A DNA stretch of 64,000 bases from Zancudomyces culisetae HAW-14-8 (taxonomy: Eukaryota > Fungi > Kickxellomycota): the NCBI GenBank assembly GCA_052426225.1, contig JBNJNM010000021.1:868001-932000 (forward strand), read 5' to 3'. A model generated the notes under the pieces. It was not told the DNA's origin, did not search any database, and saw nothing but the letters and a program-made list of their open reading frames with translations. Numbering within the stretch: the stretch's first letter is position 1; each line of letters begins with the position of its first letter. The position numbers were made by a program, and so were the translations under genes. Shown here one piece after another: positions 1 through 12,356 of the stretch.

Positions 1-128
1 AGTGACCACACTTTTGTTCCAATGTTCCCAAGTTTGACTGATTTATTCATCTTGTGCCTGTGTGTGTTTGTATGAATGTACCTATAAATGTATGTATGAA
101 TACATGCTTGTGTCTGTTCTTGTGTGCA

Positions 129-171
<43 letters not shown>

Positions 172-197
172 GTGTGATTTCTTTTCTTTCTACTCAT
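1..197 (-). CDS. Possible 5' end of a gene running off the left edge (MSRKKRNH-(TY)n-...MNKSVKLGNIGTKVWS...)
   Basis: Minus-strand frame is open from ATG at 197 (second ATG at 50) to position 1. No recognisable domain is visible. Confidence 0.25.
121..176. repeat. (TGTGTA)n hexanucleotide microsatellite
   Basis: Tandem tgtatgtgtatgtgtatg... seen directly. Confidence 0.9.
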
Positions 198-790
198 TCT
201 TTAAAAAAGAAGTCTGGAATGTGTAGTGATGTCTGATTGGTAAACAACTAACATTATCATTAACTAATTTGCCTTCAAGACGATGTTTATTTTCAACTAA
301 ACATTTACATTAAAATAAACAAATTAAGATGAAATGTACTAGAGCCATTAAAAAGGTCATGATCTGTTTATTTTTAATCAGTCCATACTCACGTCAACAT
401 ACCCGCATATTCCTAAAATCAGCAACCACTCCGTTGTACGTCCCTTTGATGCAAATAATGATTTTTCTCTTTCCTTTTTTTTTCACGTCACTTGAGTCAT
501 AGCAAGTCTTTACTTCTTTTCTTTTGTTAAAAACACGTCTTTTGTTTATTTTTTGTGTTAAGAGCTGGTGTTCTATATGCTACTGGTTTCAATAAGTCAT
601 AATTTAATTTAGTTCAATATCTAAAGAGCGCAGTTGCCCAATGAAAAGTAAAGTATGTCATATTATCTAAATAAAAAGAATCCACAAAAAAGTACATTCA
701 AATAAATACCAGATTAAAACAAAAGAAGAGCGCCTGGACAAGTGTCCTGTAATCGAATCTGGTTCTCTCTTTAAAAGTAGACAGCAGGGG

Positions 791-849
791 TTTTTTGTTT
801 TTTGTTTTTCCTTTTTTGTTTTTCGTTTTTCGTTTTTCGTTTTTCGTTT
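791..849. repeat. T-rich low-complexity tract ending in (TTTTTCG)n
   Basis: tttttcgttttttcgtttttcgtttttcgttt. Confidence 0.7.
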
Positions 850-1611
850 ACCCGAAACTTTTACACAAGATAGCTGATGTACCACGTGTTAAGTTCTATT
901 TCTTACCTTGTATAAAGGAAGCTTCTATAGCTTCACTATTCTACAATAATATACCGAAAAAATGGTTAGATAAATACTTTTTTTCTTCTTTTTTTTTGCA
1001 CCTAGAACAAATTGCAATATTACTGTGGACATGACGTATTGTATATCTCCATAACAGGTTATTCATTTTGATCACACACTTTACCTCCTAAAGGTCAACA
1101 GTTCATTTATATGTACATACGTATACATATACATATAGACTGTGATCAGAGTCTTGCACTTTTGATACACAGCACTTTGTATATATGCAGCTGCCACATC
1201 ATTTCTATTTATAACCTTCGACTTCCTCAATCCAGGTTAATAATTTGTTGGTTCATGAAGGTTGTCCGCCACCTTAAAGCTCAGTAAAAATACTCGTGCA
1301 ATAATAGTTCACTAAACGCAGGGTCAGTAAGCCACTTTTGTAGTAAAAGAAAATTCAGAAATGTTAGCAATTAAAATGACCTCCAAAGTTATATGTTGTG
1401 GTTGCTTTCTTTATCATTCGATGTATCACTCATGGTTTGGAGAAAGAAAAAATCGTTTTTATATGATATATATGGTCCAAAGTGAAATGATAAATCTAAA
1501 TCCATTGACTTTGTCTATAAACACAGTTACTACAAAAAACGCAATATGTGATAATTAAGATCCAACAACTCTGATAAAAAAAATGCAAAAGGAATAAAAA
1601 TTAAGCAAGTC

Positions 1612-1637
1612 AGGAGAGAGAGAGAGAGAGAAGAGAG
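1612..1637. repeat. (AG)n microsatellite just downstream of the SNF2 stop codon
   Basis: aggagagagagagagagagaagagag. Confidence 0.85.
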
Positions 1638-1639
1638 CT

Positions 1640-4600
1640 TCAGTTGAACAAAAAGTTCAAGTTTTGAATCCTATTCCTGCTTGAAGTACCACTACCAAAG
1701 GCATTATCAATACTAAAGTTATTAAGTTCGTCAGGTAAGAGGTTCAGCTCAGGGATCATATCGCTGATTCCACCATAACTACCATTGCTTTCAACATTAC
1801 TGTTGTCTGCAGTCGATGCTTCCAAGGAAGATGATTGATGCTTTGTGTCTATATTTCGGTCAGAATCCTTCAGTGATACATTTGCAATCTTTGCTTTTCT
1901 CTGTTGCAACACTAGGATTTTTTCCTCAATAGATTTGCGAATCATGTATCGATAAACATAAACTTGTTTGGTTTGGCCAATACGATGAATTCTATCAATT
2001 GCCTGCTGTTCAATCGAGGGATTCCAATACGGATCCATTAAGAATACATGATTTGCAACCGTCAAATTTAACCCCACACCACCGGCTTTTAGCGAAATAA
2101 GCATCACTGTGTATCTCTCATTCCTATTAAAAATATCTATTTGCTCCTGCCTAACATTCCTTGGCATCTTTCCATCCAACCTAGTAAACTTAAAGCTGTT
2201 TTTGGAGAGTGATTCTGCAATCAGATCTAGCACTTTGGTCCATTGGGAAAAGATTACACATTTGTCCAAGGTATTGTTGCTATTACTGCCTTCTCGGATT
2301 GCGCACAAATCGTTAATAAGGGCAAGTACTTTTGAAGATGAGTCCAAGTTACGATTGGTGTGTCTGATTATATCTGCATTATCTGTATTATCTGTATTAT
2401 TGCCAAGTTCGGGGGTTTCTGCAATGTCGAGAACAATTGGAGCTTCTACTGAACTAAGCTGGCTAGAACCAGAGAATGATAATTCGGAATCGTTATCTGC
2501 TACTTTAGGAAGAGTAGAACAGGAAGAAACGCGCCTGTACTTCATACTCTGAGCAACTGTACTATTTTTATGGAGCATCATGTCTGTATGCGTACTAGGC
2601 AGTGAATTATTACGAATATATGCGTTAATAAACTCTAGACTGTTGGCATCTAATGCGTAGTGGACGCAGACCTGTCGTAGTCGCAATATGTACACAAGAA
2701 AATGCATGTAATTTCGCATAACCGAATCATCTGTAAGGCATGCATCAAGATATGCACGGGCTTCGCCCTGTACATGCGAGTATAAAACGCTCTCGGGTTC
2801 GGAAAAATCAACCCACTTTTCTACTTCCCTGATGGCGGGCAAGTCTACTATTTTTTTTCCGGTCGCACCATCGACTTGGAGCTTCATTCGCCGCAGACAT
2901 AAGCTTTGTAACATCAATTGGACTCGTTGTGCTCCAATGTTTTTCTCTATTTCCGAAACCGCTTTATTTTTGTCATGAAAAGGATTGCCTATATATTTTG
3001 TCCATGTTCCCCAGTCATCCAATGGTGTGAATTGAAGAAATCTAACCAAGCTAAACAAATCATCCAGCCGATTTTGTATTGGCGTTCCTGTTAGACACCA
3101 TCTACGCCGTGCTGATAGTGAACATGCTGCCCGTGCTTGCCATGTCTTTCTCTCTTTGATCACATGCGCTTCATCCAAAACTACCCGATGCCAGCAAACC
3201 GCCTGCAACGGCGAAATATACGGCCGCTTGGGTATCTGATAAACATACGACCCACTCTCTTCGCCTCCTCTTCTCAGTTGCCTCAGCTCTTTTGAATATT
3301 CTAGTTGCAGTATGTTGTATGTTGTCAATACCACGTCAAAACCTTGGAATTCTTCGCATGTTACTGCTCTTTCTGTGCCGTGGTGCACGAAAACTCTAAG
3401 CGAATTCCATTTTGTATGTGCTCTTATTTGCTCTTCCCAATTGGAAAGTGTTGACAATGGACATATTATCAGCGTTCCAGCTGCTCTTTTTCCCCTGTAT
3501 TTTTTGTGCAATTCAAATTCTGCCACCCCTTCTGAAGCATATTGAACTTCATTACTGTTAGTGCACAAGTGACGATGCTGGAAATCCAACCTCACCTCCT
3601 CTCTTTCCTTTGTTTTATCTGCACCCATTTGAAAAGGACGACCATTCACATCTTCAACATAATTCGTCTTTTCATTTTCAGTGTCCATTTTTTCTGAGTT
3701 TACAGGATCATTAATATCAATGTTCTCATCATTATCATCTATTATACTAATACATTCTTTTTCCCGGAGTTCTCGTTCAAACTCCTCCTTTTTAATACAT
3801 TTTTCTTTGCTCTTAAGCTCAATTTCCTCGTTTTCTTTTACAAAAGAACCTGATGGGACGTCTGGTGGATTCGAAAGAATCAATGCAATTATTGCCAACG
3901 TTTTTCCCAGGCCCATGTCATCCGCAAGAATCCCTCCAAGGCATGGTTTTGGTATTCCGTGATTAATCATCCCTGTTAATTTGTTTCGGTATATTAGTTG
4001 CGACTTTCTTCCCGAACCCTGTGATTTTATCCGTTGCCAGACTATCGGGGTTTTCCCATCAGTACTTTCATCCAAGCTATGGTTTATCCCCGTCTCTGCA
4101 TCCTCACGTTGTTGTAAAAAATACAATGCCTGTTTCTGGTGTCTATGAAGTTGTGTTTTGAGCCTTTTGGGGCCTTGGACCTCTGGCAAATCCATCAGCG
4201 TAACAAATGCCATCTGTATTGACTGAAGTCGCTCTTTTATTGTGACATCATTTTCTGCTGGCTCTCCAACCCGCTGCTCGTAAATAGTATTACCACTGCT
4301 TTTACTCAGCTCAAATATGTTATTGTCCTCTAGATTGCCGGTTCTAAAGTTGTTTCTGTTGACTGTGTCGTATTCTTGTCGAGTGGAGTTCTTCATTCTC
4401 TTCCTGTAAGTGTCTTTTAAATCTTTAAACACAGATTGGAATCCTACATCTGTACCATGCGAGCCAATAATTTGTAAACTTTGGTATCCCGGTTTGTGCT
4501 TCTTAAAAACATCTTGGGTAGAGCCGCCAGCTTGTGCTAATGGTCCCAATAAATCTTCAAAATACATCCTTTTAAACATTACCTTGTCAAATTCTGTGTT

Positions 4601-5806
4601 TACCGCGCTAATATCCGAGAAAATACTTTTTTTGACCATGCTTCCATGTTTGTTCATACACACCAATGTTTTACCGTCATCCTCCAACACTCCTAGTGCC
4701 CCTACCCCCCTGCCATATGTTTTGCTCGTAGATAGAATGCTGGTTACAATATTTATATTTTTTGAATGCGAAAAACATGATAGCAGTACAGGCACAGTTT
4801 GTGAATTCGATAACAAATATATCGCCGCAGATACCTTGATGACGTTTTGAATCATCATTTCATATAACACTTTGCTATTGGCATCGTCAACATCTCCATA
4901 TTTTTTTCCACTTTCATAGTCCTCCAGGCTTAAAACATTTGTTCGCTCTCTATTTGGAACCACCTTTAGAGGATGAAAGTCGTACGGGTTATACTTTAGT
5001 TCCAGTGCGCTGGTATCAAGTTCATGTGCAAAACCTTCAAGTTCCCCGACATATACCCATAAAGAAGCAACTCCACTTCCTCCTGGAAAAGTACCCTGCC
5101 CACTAAAATCAGTATTATTAAGTACGTTTTCTGTAGTAGTAAGATCACATACAATCTTATTTCCTTCTGTGGTAAATTTGTTTGAATTGAAGTTTTGGTT
5201 TAACTTTGAAACTGTAGTGTTATTGGTGGTATAGACTGTGCTATTTTGAATGCCATTTGTATGTATCATTGATTCAATGGTTTTATATTCGTATGCTCCA
5301 CCGTCCTTCGTCTGAAACCCACTATATTCCATCTCGGTTACTGTGTCATACTGAGCTTTATCCTCAGATGGGGAGTTGTATACGTTTCTGATTTTTCTTT
5401 TTAAGTTTTCGAATCTACTCGTAAAGCCTGAAGAGCCATCGACATACATTTCGACTTCCTCGTGTTCTTTCATGGCTGGTTTTAGGGTGGCAAAATCCCT
5501 ACTCATAGACCTGCTGTCACTTTCATCGGAATCTGATAAAACAATTATACTTTGTGAATTTATATTTTCACTCCATTTCATACGTTTATTTTCGACAGTA
5601 TCGGTGAATTCTGATTCATCAGATTCGAGTACGGGTAATTTTGAGACACTCGTCAAGAGGTTTTGTACAATCGACTCCTTGCCCAAAATATATTTTTTAG
5701 TGCCTCCCTCCCATCCATTCTCATATGAAATGGTACAGTCTTTATTTTCACGGTCCATAGCCTCATCCTCGCTTGTCAAATCGATGTTAATAATAGATTC
5801 ACTCAT
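1640..5806 (-). CDS. SNF2-family DNA-dependent ATPase, Rad5/HLTF/Rad16-like (no RING visible)
   Basis: 1388-aa ORF with GGILADDMGLGKT (motif I), TLIICPLS, VVLDEAH (II), WCLTGTPIQN (III), LRLRQVC, VIFSQWT, SLKAGGVGLNL and QAIDRIHRIGQ (VI). Confidence 0.92.
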   Translation of the reverse strand: MSESIINIDLTSEDEAMDRENKDCTISYENGWEGGTKKYILGKESIVQNLLTSVSKLPVLESDESEFTDTVENKRMKWSENINSQSIIVLSDSDESDSRSMSRDFATLKPAMKEHEEVEMYVDGSSGFTSRFENLKRKIRNVYNSPSEDKAQYDTVTEMEYSGFQTKDGGAYEYKTIESMIHTNGIQNSTVYTTNNTTVSKLNQNFNSNKFTTEGNKIVCDLTTTENVLNNTDFSGQGTFPGGSGVASLWVYVGELEGFAHELDTSALELKYNPYDFHPLKVVPNRERTNVLSLEDYESGKKYGDVDDANSKVLYEMMIQNVIKVSAAIYLLSNSQTVPVLLSCFSHSKNINIVTSILSTSKTYGRGVGALGVLEDDGKTLVCMNKHGSMVKKSIFSDISAVNTEFDKVMFKRMYFEDLLGPLAQAGGSTQDVFKKHKPGYQSLQIIGSHGTDVGFQSVFKDLKDTYRKRMKNSTRQEYDTVNRNNFRTGNLEDNNIFELSKSSGNTIYEQRVGEPAENDVTIKERLQSIQMAFVTLMDLPEVQGPKRLKTQLHRHQKQALYFLQQREDAETGINHSLDESTDGKTPIVWQRIKSQGSGRKSQLIYRNKLTGMINHGIPKPCLGGILADDMGLGKTLAIIALILSNPPDVPSGSFVKENEEIELKSKEKCIKKEEFERELREKECISIIDDNDENIDINDPVNSEKMDTENEKTNYVEDVNGRPFQMGADKTKEREEVRLDFQHRHLCTNSNEVQYASEGVAEFELHKKYRGKRAAGTLIICPLSTLSNWEEQIRAHTKWNSLRVFVHHGTERAVTCEEFQGFDVVLTTYNILQLEYSKELRQLRRGGEESGSYVYQIPKRPYISPLQAVCWHRVVLDEAHVIKERKTWQARAACSLSARRRWCLTGTPIQNRLDDLFSLVRFLQFTPLDDWGTWTKYIGNPFHDKNKAVSEIEKNIGAQRVQLMLQSLCLRRMKLQVDGATGKKIVDLPAIREVEKWVDFSEPESVLYSHVQGEARAYLDACLTDDSVMRNYMHFLVYILRLRQVCVHYALDANSLEFINAYIRNNSLPSTHTDMMLHKNSTVAQSMKYRRVSSCSTLPKVADNDSELSFSGSSQLSSVEAPIVLDIAETPELGNNTDNTDNADIIRHTNRNLDSSSKVLALINDLCAIREGSNSNNTLDKCVIFSQWTKVLDLIAESLSKNSFKFTRLDGKMPRNVRQEQIDIFNRNERYTVMLISLKAGGVGLNLTVANHVFLMDPYWNPSIEQQAIDRIHRIGQTKQVYVYRYMIRKSIEEKILVLQQRKAKIANVSLKDSDRNIDTKHQSSSLEASTADNSNVESNGSYGGISDMIPELNLLPDELNNFSIDNAFGSGTSSRNRIQNLNFLFN

Positions 5807-7332
5807 GCTACTTGTATCTCATATTAATTTCTGTTTCAGAAGGTCGAATCTTTTTGTTTGTCGTTCAAATCAGTGAATATATCTATATTACCAATAGATG
5901 CTTCTAGTTTTAGTGTCTTAGTGGGTGGTTTCACGCTTTATTCTTGAAAAACTATTTAATAAATTTCTCGTTCCCGTATCGCTCATTTCTGTACATCAGC
6001 TAAACACTTGAAATCTTGTGTATACGAGTTTTTATTTATCCACAATGTGCTCTGAATGTAGCTAGTTTCTTTCAATTCAATGATTTTTTTTTGTTTTTCT
6101 TATTCAATCCCATCGAATCAAACGCAAATCATTTAATACTAGAAGTTTTGTATGACTTTTCAACTAAATAATACACAAATTCACAAGTTAGCAAGTGAAA
6201 AAAGCCAATAGCAAAACATCTATTTATGCAGAAATCCCCATAACTTTTAATACTACATTATAAACAAACTGTTTGTCCAACAATCAGCGATTCTTGGGTT
6301 CAGTAAAGCGATTGTTACCAATGAAATTGGTTTGTGAAAACGAACTGTTTTAAGGGTAATGATAACTTTTAAAATTTAAAAATTGCCGGTTCGAAGCCCG
6401 GTTCGCCCAATTTATTTGAATGGCGATCTGTGGTCAATACTGGGCAGAAAACGACTTTCCTTAGGGAGGACCATTTGTATATTTATAGTTGTGTTTCGCT
6501 CCTCATTGCGATTTCCTTTAAAACTCTCGCTAACAGCAGGATTTTTGGGGGTTATTAACGATGCTGGGGTAATTAGATGCGCTTGTATATTGTCACCAGA
6601 TGGTACAAGTAATTGTGAATTGAAAGAACAAAAAATGAAAAACAGCGAATAGGTTGGACTTGTCCATATTTTGGGCATCTCTGTGTCTTGGGCTCGGGGA
6701 ATGGGTTGTAGTTGACTGTGTAGCCAAGTGCTGTCAAAATTTTTGCTTCGGTCTTAATCCCATTTTGAACATATGTCTGAAGTAACTAAAAGAAACACAG
6801 TAATGTGGCTAGACTAAATTGATCATCTATTGTTTTTGCTCCGATTTGTTTCATGGTGTTATGCTAAATAAATTAGGTTTACATCAAGTTTGACAGAAGT
6901 GGAACTTGGTAGGAAATAGTTGATGTTTTTGAAACTATAGCCAAATAGGCACTGAACATGGCATACCCTTTTCTACTCCTCAACAAACTGTCCTGAAACA
7001 GTATTTCAAAACGTATTTGCACTGCGAAAAAAAGTCATGGGAAAAAAAATACTAGATGGGAAAAAACGTATAAAAATTTTTTTTTTCATTGACAAATTAT
7101 TAATAATTATACAATATTACCAAATCCAGTGGACAAATCCTGCAAATAAAATATTATCCTGGGAATGTTATTTAGTAATTTAGCAACAGGTCGATTTAAT
7201 TGGGACAATAATCGCTATTTTAGATTAAGGATAATTTGGAGTTTATTAGATTAACTTTAAAGTTAACAAATTACAATAAGAAAAAGCATGCAACCTCCTC
7301 CCCTCACATAGAAAAGGAGTTGGATTAGAATA

Positions 7333-8769
7333 TTAGAGTGTGTATCTGAACTGTGGATGGTTGTCAAACATCAGTTGTTGTTCATCCTCTGAGAGGTGTG
7401 ACACATCAACTGGATTTTTTGTCCTTCTTTGATTTTCCTTTTTAAAGTAAACTGCCATTATAAGTGTCAAGATAACTGCAAGAACCTTAAACGCAAGAAT
7501 AAATGTAAACCCAAGCACAAACTTTGGTGCATGACCTGTTGTAAACATTGGTGGAATAATAACTCCTGACAAGTTACCTACTGAAATTACAATTGCAGAG
7601 ACTACCAGTCTCTTTGAAATTCCACCCTGGTTCACTGATATCCATGAATGAAGAATGGGGAATCCAGTATATGATGTAAGCCCAATAAATGTGAACGAAA
7701 ACATACGAAGGAAAAGTCCTTTTCCAAAGGCTAACAGTGCCAAAAATACTGCACCTGAACTCAACGTTCCTACAACCCATACGTGTAATGGAATTCGTTT
7801 AGGCATGAAGAGGTATACAATAATACCGAGTAAGCCGGCTGCACATGGAATTGTTGTTAGGTAGGTTGAATTAACTTTACTGTAACCAAGTGATCTCATC
7901 AGTGTTGGTCCAAATACACTGATAAGGTTAGTGCAGTTGTTGAATGTAAGGTTTATAATGCAGAACATTATGGTTTTCCAATCAAATATAGCCTTAAGAC
8001 TTGACATCACCGATAGTTTTGCCTGTGTTGCAAGTCCTTGATCTGCCTTTAGTTTTCTGACAAGTAATTCTTTTTCCTCGGTTGATAAGAATGAACATGT
8101 TTCGGGATAATTCTCAAGAACAAAGAACGCCATCACACTAAAAACAAGTGTTACTGCTCCCTCCACCAAGAAAATCATCTGGTATGGCTTCAATGATGTT
8201 TTTAGCGAAGCAAGGCCTGCTGCTATAGGGTTTCCAATAATTCCTGAAACTGGAATCGCACCAAAAAAGATGCTCATTCTAAGACCAAGCTCCTCTCTAG
8301 TATACCAAAATGGAAGATATGTAATCATTCCTGGTGAGAATCCGGACTCAACTGCTCCCAAGAGTGCTCTGAATACTATAAATAAGGCTGGAGATTTTGC
8401 TGCTGCCTGAAGCATACATATAACAGACCAACTGATTGAAATAAAGGCAAACCAATTTTTTGGCTTAAATTTTTTCAAGAGAACGTTTGATGGAAGTTCA
8501 AGTGTTACATAGAAAACATAGAAGATCGATGTCACCAGGCCCTGCGACTTACTGTCCAATTTCATTCCTTCTACTAATCCATTTACTAGCGCCGCACCAA
8601 TGTTACTTCTGTCCATAAACGAACTTATGTATAAGATCACTATCATCGGAAGAAGTCTGGTATCCAACTTTCTCAGAATTCTTTTTGAAAGTCTAGTCTC
8701 CTCCTCTGTCAACACAAGTTGTGTGTTGATTGTTACCTTTTCCCCCAATTTTACTTCATCGCCTGTCAT
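7333..8769 (-). CDS. MFS transporter, allantoate/nicotinate permease (Dal5/Tna1)-like
   Basis: LRKLDTRLLP, FMDRSNIG, ELPSNVLLKK, RALLGAVESGF, WYTREELGLR, many hydrophobic helices, C-terminal HPQFRYTL. Confidence 0.92.
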   Translation of the reverse strand: MTGDEVKLGEKVTINTQLVLTEEETRLSKRILRKLDTRLLPMIVILYISSFMDRSNIGAALVNGLVEGMKLDSKSQGLVTSIFYVFYVTLELPSNVLLKKFKPKNWFAFISISWSVICMLQAAAKSPALFIVFRALLGAVESGFSPGMITYLPFWYTREELGLRMSIFFGAIPVSGIIGNPIAAGLASLKTSLKPYQMIFLVEGAVTLVFSVMAFFVLENYPETCSFLSTEEKELLVRKLKADQGLATQAKLSVMSSLKAIFDWKTIMFCIINLTFNNCTNLISVFGPTLMRSLGYSKVNSTYLTTIPCAAGLLGIIVYLFMPKRIPLHVWVVGTLSSGAVFLALLAFGKGLFLRMFSFTFIGLTSYTGFPILHSWISVNQGGISKRLVVSAIVISVGNLSGVIIPPMFTTGHAPKFVLGFTFILAFKVLAVILTLIMAVYFKKENQRRTKNPVDVSHLSEDEQQLMFDNHPQFRYTL

Positions 8770-10363
8770 TTTCTATAAATTACTAAAGTATTGTGTGTAT
8801 ATCAGCCTTGTGTGCCTATTGAGAACTTTTTTTGAGGATTATATTCTAAATTTTATATAAAAGCCTTGGTAATGAATTTTTTTTTGCAAAAGTATAAATA
8901 CTCTTATTCAAACTGAGATAAAGTTGTAAACAAAATTTTTTTACAATAATGTAAAGTTATAAATGGCTAGTTAACACAACTCGCATTTGTAAGTAGCCAT
9001 CAGTCAATCTGTAACGTACTGCCCCTTTTTTATTGTCGAATTAATGACTCATTGGGAATAGAGTGACAGCTAAAAAGAAAACAGCAACCCCATCAACTAC
9101 AAAATGGGATGCCTGTGCACTGTATTAGGTGAAAAAATTAAAGATAACAGAAAAATTAGTGTAAAATAGAAACTTGTTTTGGAGTATTTGCGAGCTGATA
9201 CGACTAGATTTTTAGTGATTAAGTAACTTGGCTGTAGTGTTATCATTTTGATGTATAAATGCCATAACAGTGAGAAAAAATACATCAAAATCACATCGCC
9301 ATAATGTATTTTCGGCCAAATGCAAATATAAAATGTGGTTGAGCCTCTAAGTCAGCAAGATTTTTTTCGCAAAGATCGCCCAATGAAGGAGGATGTGAAA
9401 TTTTACCAGCACTTGATCCACGAATCAAATTATTCATTTAATAAACTGCTTTTATATCTCGATAATTTGTAGAAAAAAATTTAGCCAGTGTCTGTTTGGT
9501 CAATTCACAACTTGATGATTCTATGAAAGTCCATTTGTCTATCTCTTATGTCGGTAGCAAACACATTTTCTGATTTTCCGTCTTCATATTGAACTAGCGT
9601 TTCAGTGTTACGTTCAGTTAGTAATGGGTTTTTTTCGGCATTTTCCGTATTTTTTTTTTCCTTCTTTGCGTTTTAGAATAAGGGATTGGTTAATATATAT
9701 TGGGAGAAAAAAAGCTGTGAAAGTAGAAGGAACACACCAGACGTGTTAAGTACGAATGGGTTAATGTTTGGGTTAAATTCAAATATAATCCTTTTGAACA
9801 CACATCTTATGACTACATACATACATATTCGCATCCCGGTTAAAATTCGCTAATCAAATCCGATTATTTGAACCATCAATAAATAGCTATATCCATTAAG
9901 CGAAATGATACGATAGAATCACAGAAGCATCGACCTCTAAATAACCCAAACTGCCGTTTTCAATTACAGGATGTATGTTTTATTTATCAGCTGATTGCCC
10001 TTTTGGGATAAAAAAAGATCGTGTAAGTAGACGTGCTGATAATTACTAAAAACAGTTAGTTACCAAAAATATGCCATAATATATGCTACAGATCTCCAAC
10101 TTAGTTCATCTGAAATTATCATATTCAGTCTTTAAAATGAAACAATCACATTTAACTTTACCAACAACTTTGTTGACGATTGTTCCGAAAGGCAAAAGCG
10201 TGTATTGAAATTGCATGATTATTCTAAGCTTTGCACTTTGTTCCGGATTCTGTACTCCAAACTTTGTAATATAAATTAGCGTCATGTACTTTCTAACATA
10301 CACCCTTCTATTAATTCTAAATCCGTCTATTTCACGTACTCCAACACTGTAGACGTACATCCT

Positions 10364-10882
10364 CTATAAACCAACATTGTTATTTGACTCCAAAGCCCCA
10401 ACCATGCTTAAATACAAATCCAAATCACACGTTGGACACTGTACTGAATTATTCATTAAATATTTATCCAAACAAGGTACATGAAATACATGGCTACAAG
10501 GAATTGACCGGATAGGAACACCGCTAGATATTTGCGCATGACATATCTTACACACAATATCCTCGATATAGGGATCGTTTTCGTGGGTGGATACTTTCGA
10601 CCAAGATATAATAGGAAAGTGACTCAAATCTTTAAAACTAAACGTTTTAGGTGTATACTTTGGTAATACATCCATATCAATTGAGGTGGTTAGAGAATTT
10701 CGTGCGTTCATATTTCGCGCTCTATCGAGCTGTACACCATTTAGCATAGCTCCAGCACGATTTCGATGCTGTTCTTGGTTTGTAGCATTGCGTATTTCTT
10801 CCTTTCGTGCTACTATAGTAATACCAATCATAATAGCAATAAAAGCAATAAATATAACAGGGGCAACAATTTTTAAAATCAT
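10364..10882 (-). CDS. Membrane-anchored RING-H2 E3 ubiquitin ligase-like protein
   Basis: N-terminal hydrophobic helix; CKIC-x14-CSHVFHVPC-x11-CPTC is a C3H2C3 RING. Confidence 0.85.
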   Translation of the reverse strand: MILKIVAPVIFIAFIAIMIGITIVARKEEIRNATNQEQHRNRAGAMLNGVQLDRARNMNARNSLTTSIDMDVLPKYTPKTFSFKDLSHFPIISWSKVSTHENDPYIEDIVCKICHAQISSGVPIRSIPCSHVFHVPCLDKYLMNNSVQCPTCDLDLYLSMVGALESNNNVGL

Positions 10883-11384
10883 TTGGAAAGCTATTTAAAT
10901 TATTATCGTTGGTTGGTTGTAGCCGATATTACTGATATTATTGCGATTCAATAAGAGGGGTGGAAAATTGTGAAGTATTGAATCTAAATTATGGAGCCTG
11001 AAATGTAAAAAATCGGGAAACAGGCTCTAATATAAAGTATGTAAAATTAAAATCGGCCTTATTCGATCTATCTAATATTGGGTTTTGTGAAACTTGATTA
11101 GGTGTATTGTTAGTGGTCGATAGTTGCTAGAGATTATGGAAAAGTGTGATTATTTTGTCTATGCTTTATATTTAACTTTTCTATATGTTCCTATATCTAA
11201 AACTGAGTACTCACTTAATAAAAACCTAGAGAACACTTGTTCAAATAATTTCCACTACCCGTTCGTCCCATCCTTAATCCATATATATTACTAATTTAAT
11301 AAATAGTAAATAGTAAATAAATTAGTTTCACATGAAAGTTCAAATTTTCCTTTGCAAAAAATCATACCCCCGTAGCTATAATGA

Positions 11385-11750
11385 GTAATTATATACATTA
11401 TTGGAAATCTAGCAGTTGAAATTTACAGAAATGCTGAAAACTTCAACCATTATTATTTAGTGCCAAATTGTAGTGTACAGGAAGTTTCTAGAAAAATTCT
11501 ATCATAATGTGTGATTGATGACAAATGGGTTTATTCAAATATGTGTGTGGTTGCCAGTGTTTCAGTATATTGTACTGGCTCTACAACTTGGCAGGTGAAA
11601 AATAATTTAAATCAAAGTAACAATTTAAAATGGCATGATGTTTACAGTAAAGCTAAAGTTTGTAGCTCTAACAGCTATGAAAACACATGTCATATACCAT
11701 CGAATAACGAATGGTGCATCAACCAAAAAGGGTCATGTTTGTCACAATAA
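11385..11750 (+). pseudogene. Possible decayed Cys/Trp-rich small protein gene
   Basis: One frame reads about 40 codons, TAA (11505-11507), then about 80 Cys/Trp-rich codons. No ATG opens the frame and no family was recognised. Confidence 0.2.
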
Positions 11751-12356
11751 AGTTATACACAGACTTACTCATAGAGTTACTTACAAAGTGTATCGACCGA
11801 ATAGTAGCTTTATTAATGTTTTTTTAGGCAAGCTACATTGACCCGTCCGTCAGTAAATAACAGAAAAAGGGATATTATTCGAGGAAATATGTCAATTGAG
11901 TATAAATGATAGAAATGTTAAAGAAAAATAATTAAAAATCGATGAGAGATGCTATCGAGTGAACTCCAAATCAATTCCATATTGGTGTTTTGAGAATATC
12001 AATGCACCTACAAAAGCTGAGGCCCATATCAGCGTTTATTAATTTTTTTTTGTATATAAACATACTTTGTTGCTGTTCGTGTGTAGTTCACAATGAGCAC
12101 CACCAAAGGAAAATACCAATATCTTGTATTATGTTCTTGATACCCAGGATAATTATTGTATACTATGTTTTTTTACTTTTCGATATAATTAAAGTTAATA
12201 ACATCTTGAGATATTTTTAGCAAACTTGCCAAAAAGTAGTAATAAAACTAAAATAAAATAAACTAATAATGACCTATTAATACGTAACACTTTTTTATTA
12301 ACCCATCCAAACAAGCTAAATAATAACATTGGACTTGCCAAAAAGAAAAAAATGCG

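Noticed and set aside
6385-6410. tRNA-like 3' half or B-box (GGTTCGAAGCC...TTCGCCCA)
   Set aside because: No matching acceptor 5' strand, D-arm or anticodon arm at the right spacing.
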